Shown here piece after piece: positions 61,201 through 64,000 of a stretch of DNA of 64,000 nucleotides. The notes under the pieces were generated by a model, which saw only the letters and a list, made by a program, of their open reading frames with translations, was not told the origin of the DNA and did not search any database. The position numbers were made by a program, and so were the translations under genes. Within the stretch, counting starts at the first letter, position 1, and the number at the start of each line of letters is the position of its first letter. Source of the DNA: Lama guanicoe (taxonomy: Eukaryota). The stretch lies in contig MU053881.1 in assembly GCA_013239625.1 (NCBI GenBank), positions 5,913,957 through 5,977,956 on the forward strand, read 5' to 3'.

Positions 61201-62019
61201 ACCTTGGATTTTTTTAAAGAAGAGAGGAAGTATGCCAGAGTTTTTTGGACTTTCCTCTCCAGCGTGTCCCAAATTCGGCCAGGGAGACCCCAACTCTCCC
61301 AGCCAGGACTGGAGCAACAGGGGCGGCTGTGGGTGAACGGAGGCCTAAGACTGTGTGCCCTTCACCGGCGGCATCTATCTCAGGACAGGTCTCTGGGGAG
61401 CAGCTCCTCCCGGCTGGGGCCCTGAGGACCGATCTCCATTGGTGCTGAGCACAAGCCACATCTGAGGCCTGTTCTCAAACTCTTCCAAGTCGCTGGAGCC
61501 GGGAGCCTGGTCTAGAGCCCCAGGTCAGCCGGGGCTGGGTGCCAGGCTCTGCTCAGCCACTTACCCGCTTCATCCCATCACTCCTCGTCGCCTGTGTCCC
61601 TGAGGACCACCGTATCTAGATTGTCAGTTGTTGGAAAGACTTGATGAGCAAAAGGATGTAGATGATGTATGATCCCCATCTTCCAGTGCCCTCTCGTGCT
61701 GGCCTCCAACCTGGGAAGAAGCAAAGGTGCTCCCTAGCTCCCTCTGCTCCCCAGCTGCTCCTCTTGCTCAGGCCTCGCTATTGCTTTTCAGCTCCTTCCT
61801 GGGGAAGCAGCCGGAGGGGCAGCCCCACCTCTGTGCTCCACCCAGGAAGCTGCTCATGGAGGGTTCTGTTACTGGCGGGGCTGGAGGAGGACCCCTCTCC
61901 AGAGGCCAGAAGGTCAGGACAGAACCACACTGAAGCGGCACCACGTCGATGGCCACTGTGTCCCCTTTGCCCACATCTGCCCCCTCTCCGGATTCTACAG
62001 AGTGGAGGGACTTTCCGCG

Positions 62020-62049
62020 GTGTGTGTGTGTGTGTGTGTGTGTGCGTGT
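62020..62049. repeat. (TG)n microsatellite
   Basis: Seen directly. Confidence 0.95.
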
Positions 62050-63009
62050 CGGGGGAAGCAGGTGACAAGGGCAGGATGGAGGGACACAGCAGGTGTGCTG
62101 AGTGTCTACTGCGTACATCAGGCGCTCCTAGGATCTTTTGCAGGGTTATCTCATGGAAACGGCTCTGCTGCCCGGCAGGGTGTACTGTTACTAGACCAGA
62201 TGGGGTACACGAAGCTCAGAGAAGCTTGAGAACATTCAGCAGGGCAGGCTTGAGAGGGGCTAGGCTTGGGAGCCAGGCTGATCAGGAAGCTGGCTCCCCA
62301 TTCCCACATAGGATAATGTCCAGCCAGCCCTTTGCCTCTGTGACTCCTGGGCTCCTGATCTGTCCAAGGGGGTTACTAATCTCTGCAGATGGAGACTAGA
62401 GATAATATAGTCAGATCACCTAGCCCCATGCCTGGTACAGGGTAAAAACACAATAAAATTCCAGATTCTACTGAGACGTTTAGGTGAGAGTTGGGTGTGA
62501 GTGAGCATGATGCAGGGAGAACAAGGTCATCTGCCTTTGAGAGGGAAATCACGTGGGCACAAATAGGAAAAGTCCAAGGAAACCATCCTCTACCCGTTCT
62601 CAGATCTAATGCGAGTGCTCTAACTGATGCCTGCCGACCAGGTTCTCCACCTGCCTCCACGCCTGCCAGGGAAACAGACGCCAGTTCATAGTGAATTGTC
62701 TTAAGAGTGCAGTCACCTTAGCTATTGAAGCATGGGACAAATGCATTTATGCCCGTGTCAGGCACACCCTTGCATTTGGCGGAGGAGACTGCTGGGGTTC
62801 GGCGAGCCTGTGGCCCGCCCCCGCGAACAAGTGGCTAAACTGGGGCTTGGATCCGAATCTGTCTGCCCCCAGCCTGCCAGTCTGCCTTCTTTTTCTCTTT
62901 GTCATTATCCCTCCCACCGCGCTGACTTTTCGATTTAAAAAAAAAAAAATCATGCTTTCAAACCTGATGCTGTTTACAAAGTTGCGGTAGAGTAGGTAAG
63001 GTGTGCATG

Positions 63010-63011
<2 letters not shown>

Positions 63012-63045
<34 letters not shown>
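63012..63045. repeat. (TG)n microsatellite
   Basis: Seen directly. Confidence 0.95.
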
Positions 63046-63046
<1 letters not shown>

Positions 63047-64000
63047 TGTGTACTGTGTTTCCCATTCTGTGCTGGGTCTGTTTGCATGAAAGAAAAACAA
63101 CAACAAAAAAACCCCGACCCCAAGCCCTCCTGAGTTGTCTCACATCAGGAGAGCGGCTGCCTGTTCCCCCACCCCAGGGTGGCTGTGGCATTGTAAGCAA
63201 GCTGCAGACCCCCCAAGCAACCAGAACATTCTGTACCTTGTGGCAATTAGTCCCCACTTGGCTTAAGGACTCCGACATCAAAGGAGGCCTCCGCCTGCTG
63301 CCCAAGGGGGACCCGGGGAATGCCTCAGAACAGGCCTTCCCCTCATTAGGGGCTCCAGCCACCAGCAAAGCAGGCTCCGGACAACAGACCCGGCCCCATC
63401 AAAGGCCCCCTTCCCCCGGGAAGGCCTCTGTAATCCGGGGCCTGGCTAGGCCCTGCCCCCTCCCTAGACCAGCTCAAAAGCAGCCGTCTGGGGACACCTG
63501 ACTACTCTCCAGTTCAAAGCCATGTGAATGCATTAACAAGACAAAACACCATTTTCCTGTCTCAGAACTCCTAGGGCCTGGCCTTCAGCCGCCTGCCGTC
63601 AGGCCTGAAGGGCACTCCATCCCTGCCCACTTAGCAGTGGGGCCTGAAGGCAGGCCCCTCCTCTGCAGTCTCCCCGGCCTTTGAAAACCGCGAGCACAAA
63701 CAGCGGCTAGCTTAAGCCACTCAGCAATGCCTCTTCAGGCCTAATCTGCTCCTTCGTAAGGTAGGTGGCCGGTCTGGAGCCAGCCCTCCTGAGAGCCAGA
63801 GCTGAGAGGGGAAAAGCAGGCCGGCCCGGGGGTGGCCGCCCTCCTCGGCAGGCAGAGGCCCCTGCTTCTGTCCCCGAGTACATGGGAGAGGAGGAGAAGG
63901 AGCTACAAGCAGTCTCTCTTCAGAATCCAGGATTCTAGAGCAAAGGGGCCAGATATGGTCATTACTCATCATCCACCCACCTGTTCACCCATCCATCACA

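Noticed and set aside
61662..62399. 245-aa ORF
   Set aside because: GC-rich chance ORF running through (TG)n; no recognisable homology.

Overview
This is mammalian, most likely camelid (alpaca/camel-like), genomic DNA, not prokaryotic. The taxon call rests on three tRNA-derived vic-1-like SINE copies, a young cetartiodactyl-type L1 3' end, and no recognisable Alu, B1/B2, BovB/Bov-tA or PRE-1. I found no supportable protein-coding exon, RNA gene or CRISPR array. The ORF track is explained by chance ORFs, simple repeats and transposon remnants, so the window reads as gene desert or a very large intron. It is densely populated with old eutherian repeats: MIR, L2, L4/RTE-X, L1M fragments, MaLR/ERVL/ERV1 LTRs and hAT elements. 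The most notable structures are (1) a MER102-like element broken by four insertions, one nested inside another (14.5-16.8 kb); (2) a 219-nt pure-pyrimidine tract that appears to be a SINE tail; (3) a Zaphod-like hAT fossil with a still-readable dimerisation-domain peptide; (4) two abutting perfect 14-bp palindromes in a CpG-retaining, motif-rich segment; and (5) several repeat-free, motif-dense islands that look like enhancers. I see no evidence for a new multi-component biological system. Repeat subfamily names come from remembered consensus sequences and most boundaries are approximate; confirm with RepeatMasker/Dfam.
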